The notes under the pieces were generated by a model. It was not told the DNA's origin. It saw nothing but the letters and a program-made list of their open reading frames with translations, and searched no databases. A program made the translations under genes and the position numbers. A DNA stretch of 64,000 nucleotides. Origin: Camelus ferus. Its lineage: Eukaryota. The stretch covers positions 104,534,001 to 104,598,000 of the forward strand of contig NC_045697.1 in assembly GCF_009834535.1 (NCBI RefSeq). The letters run 5' to 3'. Position 1 is the stretch's first letter. The number at the start of each line of letters is the position of its first letter. Of the stretch, positions 13,375 through 25,640 are shown one piece after another.

Positions 13375-14199
13375 GATGTCCACCCGAATATATTCAAATC
13401 AGAAAGCTGTAAACAAATGCCCTTGAGGTGCTGTCTAATCCATCCATCCTCCTTTAGGCAAAGCCACCCATTAGTCTTCCAGTTGAGGGGTTAAAAAGGG
13501 GCACCTGGAATGAAGGCTTCATCCATGGGAGACGACTGAGCTGTTGGCAATGGCTCATTGAGAGAATTCTGAAATCTGAATTCTAAATTCTTTACAGCAC
13601 AAAACCCATCAACCAGTTTTGGACATCCATTTCTGAACAGTAATCCTAAAGCCTTGGTTGAAAAATTAAGGTGAAAAAATTCGGAAAAAAAAATTTGTTA
13701 CAGAACATACTCTGCATTCAACATTACTCAGATTTAATCAATGAAATACACATGAAATTTAATACACATGAGAAGCCAGACGTCTCAATTATTTCTTTAA
13801 CTCAGCATTCAGTTAAGGTGGAGGAAAACATCTTCACATTTTAAAAATGTGAATTAGGAATTAGTAAGAGGCTTTGCTTCCAATTTTACCTTCCATGCAA
13901 GCCTCCTTGTCATTTGTTCACCTCTATATAAAAATATAAATACAATTGTTTCCCAATAAAATTCCTTTTCCAAAAGTTACGGAAAAAAGCCTAATGTAGT
14001 CCATGCTAATTGTAGACAGGTGTTGATTTTTCTTCCACATATTACAAAAATAAATTTAGCAAAAAGATTTATACTCACTACTTAGCAATGTTTCTGCATG
14101 GTTTTTTGCGCTGTTTCTAATTACCAAGCTATTTTGAATGTGTGTAAAGCAGAAAAGTTTGCCTAAAGGCTCAGCTTGACAGCCTTAGAACAATATCCC

Positions 14200-14970
14200 C
14201 CTTATTGCCCATCTCCGTGACCCGGTCCCACTCTTCCTTCCCCCTGACCTCCCTTGACCACCCATTCATTCCCGAAACTCCCTTCTGTCTTTGTGTCACA
14301 GACACTGCCCTTCTTCTCCGCTGCTTTCTCGGATGCTTCTCTCTCTCTGACAAGCTTCTAGCTGATGCTTAGCCCAACTGAATGCTTTGTACAAGGCTCA
14401 TCCTGCTTGCCCTTTTCTTTTTCACGTTTTGCCTCCAAATGAAATGCACCCAATTCTTGGCTTCCATTACTGATTACTACACTCTTTTATTTCAAGCCTG
14501 AAGCCCTCATCTGCCCTGAGATTCAAGCTACTTAAAAGCTGAATTCCTCTTCTTTCCTATAAGCTCCTCTTCCCCCGCCCCCAAACCTAGCTTCCCTTTC
14601 CAGGCACCCTAATGGATTCACTGTCCATCTTCCTTACCTGGTCACTTTGCTTACATACTGTCTCTGGCCCCTTTCCTGTGATCACAGCAGAGTTCAGTGG
14701 TTGTGACAAGGCTGTAGGATTCACAGAACCAAAAATATTTACTAGAGACTCTAACAGAAAATGTTTCCCAACCCCATATCTAGCAGATAGCTCTATCCTA
14801 ACCACTTTAAGCAGCTTGCATATATTTTCCCCCATTAGACTGGAGGATTCTTTAAGATAGGGTCTTGTTTCTTTCTTTTTTTTTTTTTTTTCTTGTTCCT
14901 TTTTAAAATCTCTGTTCTCAGCACAGAACCTGAGACACAGTTTGCTACTCAATAAATATTGATGAGGAGT
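14200..14970 (+). mobile_element. L2 fragments with an embedded MER58-like half element (~14640-14775)
   Basis: L2 3' end CTACTCAATAAATATTGATGA. MER58-like CACAGAACCAAAAATATTTACTA...AATGTTTCCCAACCCC. Confidence 0.55.
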
Positions 14971-15203
14971 TCTGAACTCCCTCCAGGAAATTTTAGTCAT
15001 TTTCAGACTCTTCCCACTTTATCCCCTAGATTCAATCTGCACCACCCCCCCCCCAAAAATTCTGAGTTGCATTAGAGTGTTTGTCCAAATATCTGCAATA
15101 ATTCCTCCTCTCTCTTTCCATGCCCTTGGCTAGCCTCCTCCAATACTGGCTGTGGGCTTGACCATGTTACTTGCTTTGGCCAATAGGATAATAGCAAATA
15201 TGA

Positions 15204-15539
15204 TCAAAGGGAAGACCTCTGTCCCCTATGAAGGTACTTAGCCCAAGGGGTAAGAATGCCCTGCCCCTCTGCTGGTTTCCCTGGTAACCAATGAGCCAAT
15301 CTGTTATCAGTTCCCCCTATAACTGCTAGACTGTCTGCTCCCCCAAGAGCAAAGACTGCTGCTGCCCTGTTCTGCCCGAGGTCTGCTGTCCACCAGTGGG
15401 GTGTCACTCCAGGACCCTTTTGCTTCAGATCTCCCATCTATTAAACCACTGATGTCTCTGTCGCCAACTCCAGGCTCTTTCTTCGTTCTCAAGGCTAGGC
15501 AAGTACAGAGCTTGAAAGCCTGCAGGGTGCAGCACAGCA
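15204..15539 (+). mobile_element. ERV-type LTR (5' end unresolved; an MLT-like fragment precedes it at ~15100-15200)
   Basis: CCAAT at 15288 and 15296, TATAA 15318-15322, ATTAAA 15440-15445, terminal CA at 15539. Confidence 0.7.
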
Positions 15540-16100
15540 CACCTCTTTTCATTCAGTCTCCTTCATTCAAGATCAGGCTTTTTGTTCGTTTGTTTGTCTT
15601 CTTCTATTACAAGTGCAACCCACAGTTCCCAAGCCCAATATCTGCCTAAGGAACATGCAAGAGTCAGAGTCACAATGATGTCACGTTGGCTCCCATCTTG
15701 GCCTCTCGTTCTCACTAACAAACTCTGGAACCCTCAGGCCCCTCCCACATTGTTAAAGGGATCCTTGTTACAGGGTTGAATAAACTCTCCTGTGGATGAC
15801 TGTTCTCCTGGACATCTTAAGGCACCAGATCCCCTTCTAGCTTTCACACTGTAGCTCCTTGGATGCCACTGGTCACCCTGGCAGCTTCGTCCTACTGCTC
15901 TGACACTTTCCGGAAATCACCCATGTTGTCATGTGATGCTGTTTATTCTGCTCTACCAGACAAACAAGGAAGGAATAAATGAAAGTGAAGAGCTATCATT
16001 TATTGAACTCCTATTATGTGTCAAGACTTGGGTACTTTTTACTCTTTTTCTTTAACTCATGTCATTTTGTTTCTGCTTCGGTACTTAAAAGTAAATTAAT

Positions 16101-16172
16101 ATGACTGAACTATTATGCTGTACACCAGAAACTGACACAACATTGTAAACTGACTATACTTCAATTATTAAA
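16101..16172 (+). mobile_element. Very short L1 3' end; an older L1 relic follows (~16180-16700)
   Basis: CTGTACACCAGAAACTGACACAACATTGTAAACTGACTATACTTCAAT flanked by the repeat AGTAAATTA. Confidence 0.75.
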
Positions 16173-17934
16173 ACAGTAAATTATATCTCCCCTAAAAGAA
16201 TCTCTAAAAGATAAGACTATTCTTCTATATGTCCCCAAATAATAACATTTAATAAATTTAATTTTACATTTAATAAAATTAATAATTTCTTCATAACATC
16301 TAATACCTAAACCAAAATCTAAATTTTCCCAATTCTAAAAAAAAAAGGGGGACTTTACAGTTGGTTTATCCAAATCAGGATCCAATCCAGGCCAGTGTCA
16401 TTGACTGTCGTGCTCCTTCAAGTCTCATTTAATCTAGAAAAACATCCCTTTTTTATTGACTGACTTGTTGAAGTGACAGGGCTAGTTGTCCTGTAAAATG
16501 TCATACTTCCCAGATTTGTCTGTTGCTTCCTCATGGTACTTGTTTAACTTGTGTGTCTGTCTCCTATCTTTCCTGGTAACAAGAATAGCTGAAGTCTTGA
16601 TTCAAGTTAAACATTTTTGGACAGGTAGAATACGTCATCAGAGGACACTAATATCTGCTCGCCCAATCATTAGTGATGCTAAGATGGACTGGCCTCCAGT
16701 GAGGCCACCAGCAGGTTACAAAACACTGGGCTACGTTATGCCTTACGCACACTGTGATGACACCCTGCAGTCTTGACCACCAGGTGCAATGTTGTTGCAG
16801 TAAGAAAACACTTCAGAATCCTCAGTAACCGATCAACAAACTAACATTTTGTAATATTTCCTTTTGAAAACAAACTGCCTATAGTGAATTTTAATTAAAA
16901 ATGGACCTTCAACTCACAGGGCTTGTTTTTCCTCCTCCAGGTCAGTGACGTCTGCTGCCAACAGCGAGTCTCAGGCACGATTTGCCCAGTGCTGCAGTGA
17001 CAGGTTAAGGATCTGGTGTATATTTCTCCTTTCACAACCAGCTGTCCAGCCTCTCTTTATCTTTGTGGTTCTTCTCTGAAGCTATCATGTTTTATTGCCC
17101 CCAGGGAGCCCTAAAGTGAACACAACATTCCTAGCAAATACTATGAGACTCAGATCCTTTATTGGGTTCCAAGTTTGAGGAGCTAAGGAATTAGCAGTTG
17201 TGAAATGGATTTGCAAATGTGAATCAAGAAACCTAAATTCATAAGAATATCTACCCCAAGGACACATGGGAAGTTGGCTTTTAAGTGCTATCTTGAGTAT
17301 TTCTTAATCTTCAGCAATTATTGGTCAGTACGTCAATAATGATAATATGACACTGAGAAAAGTCGTTGTAACTGCCATCACAGTAATGCTTGACTTAATG
17401 AGCTGCTTGAACTAGAAGTCAAGTGTGAGTGAGAAAGTCTCCCTGAAACCCAGAAGATCTGCAGATTGCATCCAACCTAACTTCTAAGGAAAAGAAATAT
17501 CCTTTGGAAGTTGAGTTGAAAAACATAGTCAAATATATGAATTATATATGTTCATTAAAAGTACAAAGCAGGGAATATAGAAGTGGGTCAAGTATTTAAA
17601 GTCTTGGCTTTGGGGAGAGGAGTATTTATGGGGAGGCAGTTAATTTCAATGATAACTGGTTTAAATCCTTTGAAGTCATTTTCCCCAAAGTAAAGTGGAG
17701 AAGATGAGGAAATAAATCTGTGACAACGAAGGAAAATTCGTGTTGCTCTCACCTAGAATGAGGCAATCCCAATGTCTTACAAAGTCAGATTTATGCTGGT
17801 GATCCACATAAACATATTTATGTATATCTGAAGGTCTTTCTCAGAAGAGACGGTAAACGTATTTTATGAATTTAAAGGACAGATCAGCAGGTAATCATAT
17901 AAGGAGGCAGATTTCATCTTAATGTCAGGAAGAA

Positions 17935-18645
17935 TTTTTTTATTATGGTAAAATATACATAATATAAATTTATCATTTTAACCATTTTTAAGTATATGGT
18001 TGTGACATTATGTTGTGCAACCATCACCACCATCCATCTCCAGAACATTTTCATCACCCCAAATTGAAAATCTGAAACACATTAAACAATAAATCCTCAT
18101 TCCTCCATCCCCCGAGTCCCTGATAACCACCATTCTACTTCCTGTTCCTATGATACTACTATTCTAACTACTTCATCTAAGTGGACTCATACACTATCTG
18201 TCCTTTTGCATCACACATATCACTTAGCCTAACGTCTTCAAGTTTGATCTATGTTGTAGCATGTATCAGAATTTCATTTTTTACAGCTGAATACTATTTC
18301 ATTTCATGTATATACACCACATTTTATTCGTCCATTTATCCATACATGGACATTTGAGTTGTTTCCATCTTTTGGCTACTGTAAATAATGCTGCTGTGAA
18401 TATGGGTGGATGAATATCTGTTTAAGTCCCTGTTTTCAATTATTTGGGGTGTATACCCAGAAGCAGAATTGCTGGATCATACAGGAATATTAAGTTTAAT
18501 TTTTTGAAGAACTATCAAACTCTTCCACAGCTGCTGCACTATTTTACATTCTCACTAGCAATGCACATGGGTTCCAGTTTCTCCAGATCTTTGCCAACAT
18601 TTGTTGCTTTCTGCTTTTTGATAATAGTCATCCTAATGACTGTAA
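17935..18645 (-). mobile_element. L1 3' end (L1MA/MB-like)
   Basis: TTTTTATTATGGTAAAATATACATAA...GCAGAATTGCTGGATCAT. Confidence 0.9.
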
Positions 18646-18749
18646 AGAAAGAAATCTGAATAATTAGACCTGCACCACAGTAGGATGAGCTGTCCCAGCA
18701 CGTAGGGGCTGATGGATGTATTCTACCAAAGACTGAATAGACTGACATG

Positions 18750-18950
18750 TTCAGTTGTGCAGGTTGTATACTGTCCAACTGTGTCTGGTCACAGGGTGAA
18801 TATGGGCTAAAATCCAGCCATGTTTCCCATGCCAAGGTTTGAAACTTGGTGGGGAACTTTTTCTTCCCTGAGAACAATGTCAGCTTGCCAAGCCATGTGC
18901 CTGAAAGGGCACCTTTTTAAAATGCAAACTAAGGCACTTATAAAAGCTAT
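18750..18950. mobile_element. Possible MER53-like hAT relic
   Basis: GTTGTGCAGGTTGTATACTG...GGGCTAAAATCCAGCC...GCCAAGCCATGTGCC. Confidence 0.45.
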
Positions 18951-19089
18951 TAATTATTCTGGATAACTGACTCTTCATCATGGGGTAGCTGTAGATGGAA
19001 CAGATGAATGCACAGGGTGTAATACCTAGTCCCGTTGAACTAGATGACTATTAATGTCCCTTTCAATGGCAGTATTCTGTATCTCTTTG

Positions 19090-19533
19090 ATGGTGTTACA
19101 GCATGCCCCTCAAGTCCTTCAACATGCCTTGCACTGATGGGCAAAGTCTATATTCCCTCACCTTGAACCCAGAATCTGTGACTGCTTTACTAATTCTGCA
19201 GAAGTGAGACTGTATCAGTTCTTAGGCCCAGACTTTAAGAAACTGGCAGCTACCCCTTCCTGTCTCTTGGGACACTCCTCCTTGGAACCCAGCCACCATG
19301 CTGTGAGGAAACATAAGCCACTTTGCAGGGAAACACACATGGAGAACAACCAACACTCATTAGCAAGAAAGCGAACTATCTCAGAAGTGAAGCCTCAGCC
19401 CCAGCAAAGATGAGCTGTCCCAGCCAAGCCCCGCCCAAATTGCAGATTGATGAGTAAGGTACATGAATGTGGTTGTATTAAACCACTACCATTTTAGGGT
19501 GATTTTCTTTAGCTGCAGTTGATAATCAGAACA
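19090..19533 (+). mobile_element. MaLR LTR (MLT1F/G/H-like)
   Basis: GGAACCCAGCCACCATGCTGTGAGGAA and end GATAATCAGAACA. Confidence 0.8.
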
Positions 19534-19647
19534 GTTTGTAATAGAACATGACCACTGCTCCAAACTCACATTTTCACAATGTGCCTCACACCAGCAGTGC
19601 TCTGAAGGACTCCCAGGCAGGCCCGCTCTGTGGAGCCCCTGAGTTTT

Positions 19648-20445
19648 CTTTTTTCTATAGAATGTTTTATTTTGATTCTTTACTTGATATTGACCATTTA
19701 CTCAGATTATTAAATATTCTCTCATATTGTAATTTTTATCGAGGTATATATAGTTGATTTATAATATTATATAAGTATTAAGTGTACAACATAGTGATTC
19801 ACAATTTTTAAAGATTATACTCCACTTATAGTTATTATAAAATATTGGCTATATTACCTGTGTGGTATAATACATCCTTGTAGCTTATTTATTTTATACA
19901 TAGTAGTTTGTATCTCTTAATCTCCTACCCCTATCTTGGCCCTCCCTCCTTCCCTCACCCCACTGGTAATCACTAGTTTGTTCTTTACATCTGTGAGTCT
20001 GTTTCTCTTTGGTTATAGTCACTAGTTTGTTTTATTTTTTAGATTCCACATGTAAGTGATAACACACAGTACTTGTCTTTCTTTATATGACTTATTTAAC
20101 TCAGCATAATACCCTCCAAGTCCATCCATGTTGCAAATGGCAAAATTTCATTCTTTTTTTCATGGCTGAGTAGTATACCATTTATATATTTCATTCATCT
20201 GTTTATGGACATTTAGGCTGCTTCCACGTCTTGACTATTATAAATAATGCTGCTATGAATACTGGGGTGTATGTATCCTTTCAAATTACTATTTTCATTT
20301 TCTTCGGATATATATCTAAGAATGAAATTGCTGGATCGTAGGGTAGTTCTATTGGTGATGTTTTAAAAGAAACTCCATACTGTTTTCCACAGTGGCCGCA
20401 CCAACTTGTTTTCCCACCAACAGTGTACTAGGATTTTCTTTTCAA
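19648..20445 (-). mobile_element. 5'-truncated L1 with extra 3' segment
   Basis: L1 3'UTR at 19733-20443. Flanking direct repeats GGAGCCCCTGAGTTTT (19632) and GGAGCCCCCGATTTT (20446). Confidence 0.88.
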
Positions 20446-20859
20446 GGAGCCCCCGATTTTTTTTCTCAAATATCACAGGCAATGGCCTTTATCCCTCATC
20501 TCCTCTCTCATGGCCCCATTTAGGATAGAAATCTCTATCATATAAAGGCCTTGAGGCCCATCTTCTGCAGCATCTGCACCCTCCCTGTTTGGATTTCTTG
20601 AGGAATCATAACGTTTCTAGAAGCCACACGCTGGACCCTTCCACAGACTCTCCAGGGGCTCCTGCTTTGCCCCGGGCCAGTAGTATGTAGCCTTGGGGTG
20701 CTGGCTTCAAGGGACAAGACAGAAGTAAAACGTCCTTAATCCAGTAAACTGCTGTCCACCTTGGCTCTTTAACTTGATATAAGGTTAAGAGGGAGCGCAG
20801 AAGCCAAGCAAAGAGGCAGGGAACGCAGAGAAACCAAGATTGGCCCCTGGCTCTGTCTG

Positions 20860-21930
20860 CAGTCGCTCCGTCGAGATCGAATTTGCCCGCACTTACTGAG
20901 AAGGAAAGGGTTCCTCTCCAAGGCCTCCCTAAGTTTTGAGTTTCCTCGGTTAAACCACCCACATCCCTCCATTACCGCCCTCTCACCACCACCTTCGCTT
21001 CAGGAAGGAAATAGTTAAAAAGACTCCAGCCCTTCAGGGCCGGGGAGGGGGCGGCAGCCTGGTGCTTTATAGTGGCTGCAGCCCAGAAGGGCTGGAAGGT
21101 TAGAACATTCTTGCCGCCCTAGACTGGAGTAGGTCTGAGCTTTTGGAGGAGACGGGGAGGACAGACGGGAGGCGTGCTCCTCTGGAGTTTTCTTTTTCTT
21201 GCGAACACTCGCGCGTGCGGGCTCGCAGTCCTGCCTTTGGTCGGGCGATTGCGGACCGGAGGTGGAGAGGCTCCATCCCACCCGGTGCCCGGAGGCTGGC
21301 GGCTCCGGGAGGACCTCCCCTGAGCAGCCGTGCCCAGGAAGTTTTCCGAAGCGGAGGCAGCGGTGCAGCTGGGGGCCGCCGCCGCACCGGAGCCGGGACC
21401 CTCGCCACCCACCCTCGCCAGCTCGGCTTCCTCTCGCCCGGGCGCCGCGCGCCGACCACCGAGCAGCCGTCTGCGCCCGCCAGGCTCCACGGTCGGTGCG
21501 ACTCTTTCTTTCCGGGGACCCAAGCGGGGTGGGGGAGACGCCGGCGGGCCCCTGGGTTTGGAGGAGACGCGAGCTCCGTGGCGCCCGGCACCTCCTACAC
21601 CCGGGCTGGCACCACCTGCCCAAAGGCGCGTGGAGGCGAGGGCGCCTTCCTCGGCGGGGTGCCCTCTGGGAACGTTTGGGGTTTGGGGATCTGTCTGAAA
21701 GTCTCTCAGTCTCCCGAGGCGGGCGTCGGATCTGCAGTCAAAGGAAAACCCACAGTTCTCCCTGGGTCTCCCTTCTCGGGCGTACGAGAACTTTGTGGAG
21801 CATCACGCCCTTGTCGCTGGCTCCGAAGCCCACTTGTGGGCTTTGCCCCGCAGCCTTTTCTGACCCGCCTGCTTCTCCTCCCCGCAGACCCGGGGCATGC
21901 CGAGGGTAGCCAGGGGCACTGGGTGTGAGG
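20860..21930 (+). promoter_or_regulatory. EDNRA: CpG island / EDNRA promoter
   Basis: Sharp rise in GC and CpG content. GC box GGGGCGG at 21048-21054 and AT-rich TTAAAAA at 21015-21021. Sequence resembles the human EDNRA promoter and 5'UTR as I recall it. Confidence 0.9.
21060..21491 (+). other. EDNRA: EDNRA non-coding exon 1 (5'UTR; start approximate)
   Basis: No ATG in the exon. Ends CTCCACG|GTCGGT (donor GT 21492-21493). Splicing to 25571 gives CTCCACG-GTG, matching the recalled human junction. TSS cannot be fixed from sequence. Confidence 0.8.
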
Positions 21931-24179
21931 GACTCCTGTGTTTGGGAAAACCCCCAGTGCAGCTAGTTTGGAAACCGGCCCGTGGAGGTCTGAGCGTTTT
22001 GTTAAGTGCTCTCCTTTAAAGGACACTTGTTGCCTTTTCACTTGCAGAAAACAAGGGCTATTTCCAGATAATCAGTCTCTGTTAACCCCATCCTAATGGC
22101 GTTCCGGGATAGACTTGGCGGCGGAGGGGGTGGGCTGGGAGGCGTAGTAAAGTCAGACATCTGTAAGGAGAGGTACTAATTTCTCACCCAGCAAGCAAAG
22201 GCCACCAAACAAAACCAAACCAACGAAAACTTATTTAAAAGCTGCTAGTTTATTTGTAGATATTAATGACCCCCCCAACTCCCTCTGTTTTGGTTAACTA
22301 GTTGAGAAACAGCTTGGCAATCATTTTGTGTAAATTAGCTCCTCTAAACTTGTGCCATCTTGGTCAGGTTGGAATTTCCAAATTACTAATTACAGGTGAA
22401 CTTTGATCCTGAGTCAAAGATGTTAAATGGTTAAAGTGGAAGGATTCAGTCCTTTTGCTTAATAATAGCTTTTGAACTCCAGCAAATCCTTAGACCCCAA
22501 ATATGAAGAATGCTCGATATATAAACCATGTCCTTCAGGTCTGAACCTGAGATGCTTCACTAGAGTTATGACCGATTATGACTCATGATCTGAAGCACCG
22601 CGTGGCTTAGATCCATGGAAATGAGCTACAGACTCATCCTTGGAGGAACTTGCGTTTGAGAGGGTTCTTTCCTTTAGTTTTGTATTTCTCAGTCAATGAT
22701 GGTAGGGCAGCCATGTGCCTTTGCCAAGTATCCCTTAGGTCTTCAGCTTCATATGCGTGGTGAGCTGAGACAGATGTCATCAGAAGTGACTTCTGGGGTG
22801 GCGTCATTGTTGGAGGAGGTGCTTTTCATGGTAGCTGGCTCACACTTTGATAAGAACCCATAGCTTTGGACTCCTCAGCTCCGCAGTAATCAGCTGACCA
22901 AACAAACCAACATGCTGATGTTCAAACACGAGTGGTACTGTTGAGAGTAGTGTACACTCAAGATAGCTAGGTCAGTTCCCTAAATATCCACCTAGCAGAC
23001 TGTAATGGGCAAAGAGCCATCTCATTTCTGGAAAAGGCCATCTCTCTCTTATTTCTTATGAAAAAAACTACTTCTGAAGGTTCATTCTCAGCGGAAACTA
23101 GGAAGCTTCAGTCATTAAACAGCCCAAGATATTGAAAGATTTCCTTTTTTCCATCTCTGACTTCAACAGAAGAATTAGAGTATGCTTTGTTCTTAGAGCC
23201 CTGGTCTCCACTGCAGAATGGAAATAGTGTCATTTCGTAGGTCTACTAATATTTGGTCAGATACTCCAAACTGTAAAAAGTGGGAAAAAACTACTTATAA
23301 GTAAGTCTAGGCAGAAGTGTATACCCAGGATGCCCTGAACTTAGAAAAACTGATATTTTAATCATTTAATCAGACTGAATCGAGTCCCATGAGCCAAGTA
23401 AAGTGAGGCATTATACCTGTCCTGCCACTTCTTGGCCACAAAAACATGACTTAACTTCTTCAAGCTTCAGTTTCCTCATGAGTGAATGGGGATATTGCCC
23501 CCTGACTACCTAAAGTTGTAAATCTCAGGTCAGATAACAAATACATATATAATAAGTTACTACTATATGTAAAATGTTATTATTAATTCAGGTTCCTGGG
23601 GAAAGTCTCTGGGGAAGGCAAAAGTCTACAGTATTTGCACCTTATATTTACTTTAGACGTTCTATACAACTTGAACAAATCATCTTTCATCCATATATTG
23701 ACTAAGCCCAAAGTTTTACTGATAACCAAGATAATTATCAAAATTCTGAAAAGTGGTTATCAATCGTGAATAGACTAAAAAGGACATAATTCTTAAAACT
23801 TGAATTATGACCTGGGTGTATTCATCATACACACACACTATATCATAAATGAGCTGATGACCTTCATTGAAAGGTTCACAAAAACTCACAGAAAAGAAAA
23901 CGTATAAAATATTAAAATGAGAAGAACCACTTTTATTTACCTTTGATTATTGTGTTACTGCCAACCTCCCTCAATTTCCCAGCAGCTTTTATTTAAGGAT
24001 TAAAATAGAAACCTAGACTTTCTGGACAAGAAGAACCACTTGCTCTCTGCAAGTGACTAAAACAAAACAAAACAAGTCAAAAAAACAAAACGATCTTTTG
24101 AAAATGTCTAACCACCCTCCCAAGTCTATTGCTTCTTCAGAAATCTGTAGATATTGTTAAACCACTTCAGGTGCAAGAA

Positions 24180-24420
24180 AGCGAGTATGGTCTAGTGGTT
24201 AAGAGCTCGGGCTCAGAGTCAGGCTAACCTGCCTTCCTCGAATCACAGCAGGGCCACCACCACCTGCGGCCTCAACAAGCTACCTGACCTTCCTGAACCT
24301 GTTTCTCTGTGTTTATAATGGAGCCAAGTATCTGCTTCACAGGGTCATTGTATGGATTAGATGGCATCATGCATGTGAAGTGCTCAGCACAGACACTAGT
24401 CATAATCAACGTAGCTATAA
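24180..24420 (+). mobile_element. MIR SINE (another partial copy ~23370-23585)
   Basis: AGTATGGTCTAGTGGTTAAGAGCTCGGGCTCAGAGTCAGG. Confidence 0.8.
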
Positions 24421-24707
24421 AGGATGCTTGAAAGAAAGCATGGGATCGATAGTCCTTAGAAAAACCAAATAGTACGCCTGGCCTGGGAAAGTCCACTACT
24501 CCTAGTTTCATTCATTGGCAAATATCCTGACAATAATTTCTGACAAATGGAAAAGCAAAAAACTCCTATCGGAAACTATCAGAAGATGTGACTCGTACAC
24601 ATTAATCATCCAGATTTTCAAAAAATAAATACTTTGTCTTTACCAATCATATCACTTTTAATTGACTAAGACTGTTAAATGTTAATGATGTTAAAGTTAT
24701 GATTTTA

Positions 24708-24976
24708 TTTTTTTCTTTTATTTTCCAAGTTATTTAATTTTTTAAAAAAATTTTTTGTTATTGCAGTATAGTCGGTTTACAATGCTGTGTTAGTTTCTGG
24801 TGTACTGCCTAGTGATTCAGCTATACATATACATATTCTTTTTCATTATAGGCTGTTACAAGGTACTGGATATAGTTCCCTGGTTCTTGTTGTTTATCTA
24901 TTTTATGTATAGTAGTTAGTATCTGCAAATCCTGAACTCCCAATGTAGCCTTCCAACCCCCCCAACTTTTAACCAG
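24708..24976 (-). mobile_element. Short L1 3' end in intron 1
   Basis: GTATAGTCGGTTTACAATGCTGTGTTAG. TSD AGTTATGATTTTA (24695) / AGTTCTGATTTTA (24977). Confidence 0.85.
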
Positions 24977-25570
24977 AGTTCTGATTTTAAATTAACATTT
25001 TATAACACTTTTAAATGGCTACCTGTGCTGCATTTTATTCTCATGCTCATTAATTACCATGTGCAAGACAGTACACGTGTTGCAATACTGAACTGTTAAT
25101 TACAGAATTTGGTGATTTTATGTCTTAATACTATATAACTTTCACTCAGCATACAATGTCTTTTCTCTTCCATTAATAAATAAAATATTGTGTCTCAACT
25201 CTTGAAGAGTTTCTGTAATTCAGGTTATCAGCCTAGGTGTAACATCGAGAAAAAAGTAACTTTTTATCTACTTCTTGAAGGAAAAATTGACACATCCTTA
25301 TCCATATTATAATCTAGATGTAAGTATAGACTTACGGATAGTGATGAGATAGACAGAGACAGAAATCAAAATAGAGCTATAACTTGCCCTAATAGAGCTT
25401 TGATCTTCCCTGGTTTTGTTCTGCCATGGGGTAACCTGACACAGATATATCTTATCTAATTACCAAATACATCCTGCCTTTTAATTGAAGCAGTAATTAT
25501 CATTGACTACAGTCTTACTGGCAGCTGGATTTTAATAACCAAAATGATTTTTCCTCCTTTCTTTTTCCAG

Positions 25571-25640
25571 GTGGGAAAACAAAAAAAAGGAGGGTGTAAG
25601 AGCAACATAGTAAGAGACATTTCCTCAAATGTGCATCAAG
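25571..25640 (+). other. EDNRA: EDNRA exon 2, 5'UTR part
   Basis: Strong acceptor TTTTTCCTCCTTTCTTTTTCCAG ending at 25570. In-frame stops TAG TAA at 25608-25613. Confidence 0.9.

Noticed and set aside
21015..22041. Overlapping long ORFs (up to 261 aa) on both strands
   Set aside because: Stop-poor GC-rich island. R/G/P/A-rich translations in several frames, mostly non-ATG starts, overlapping the EDNRA 5'UTR.
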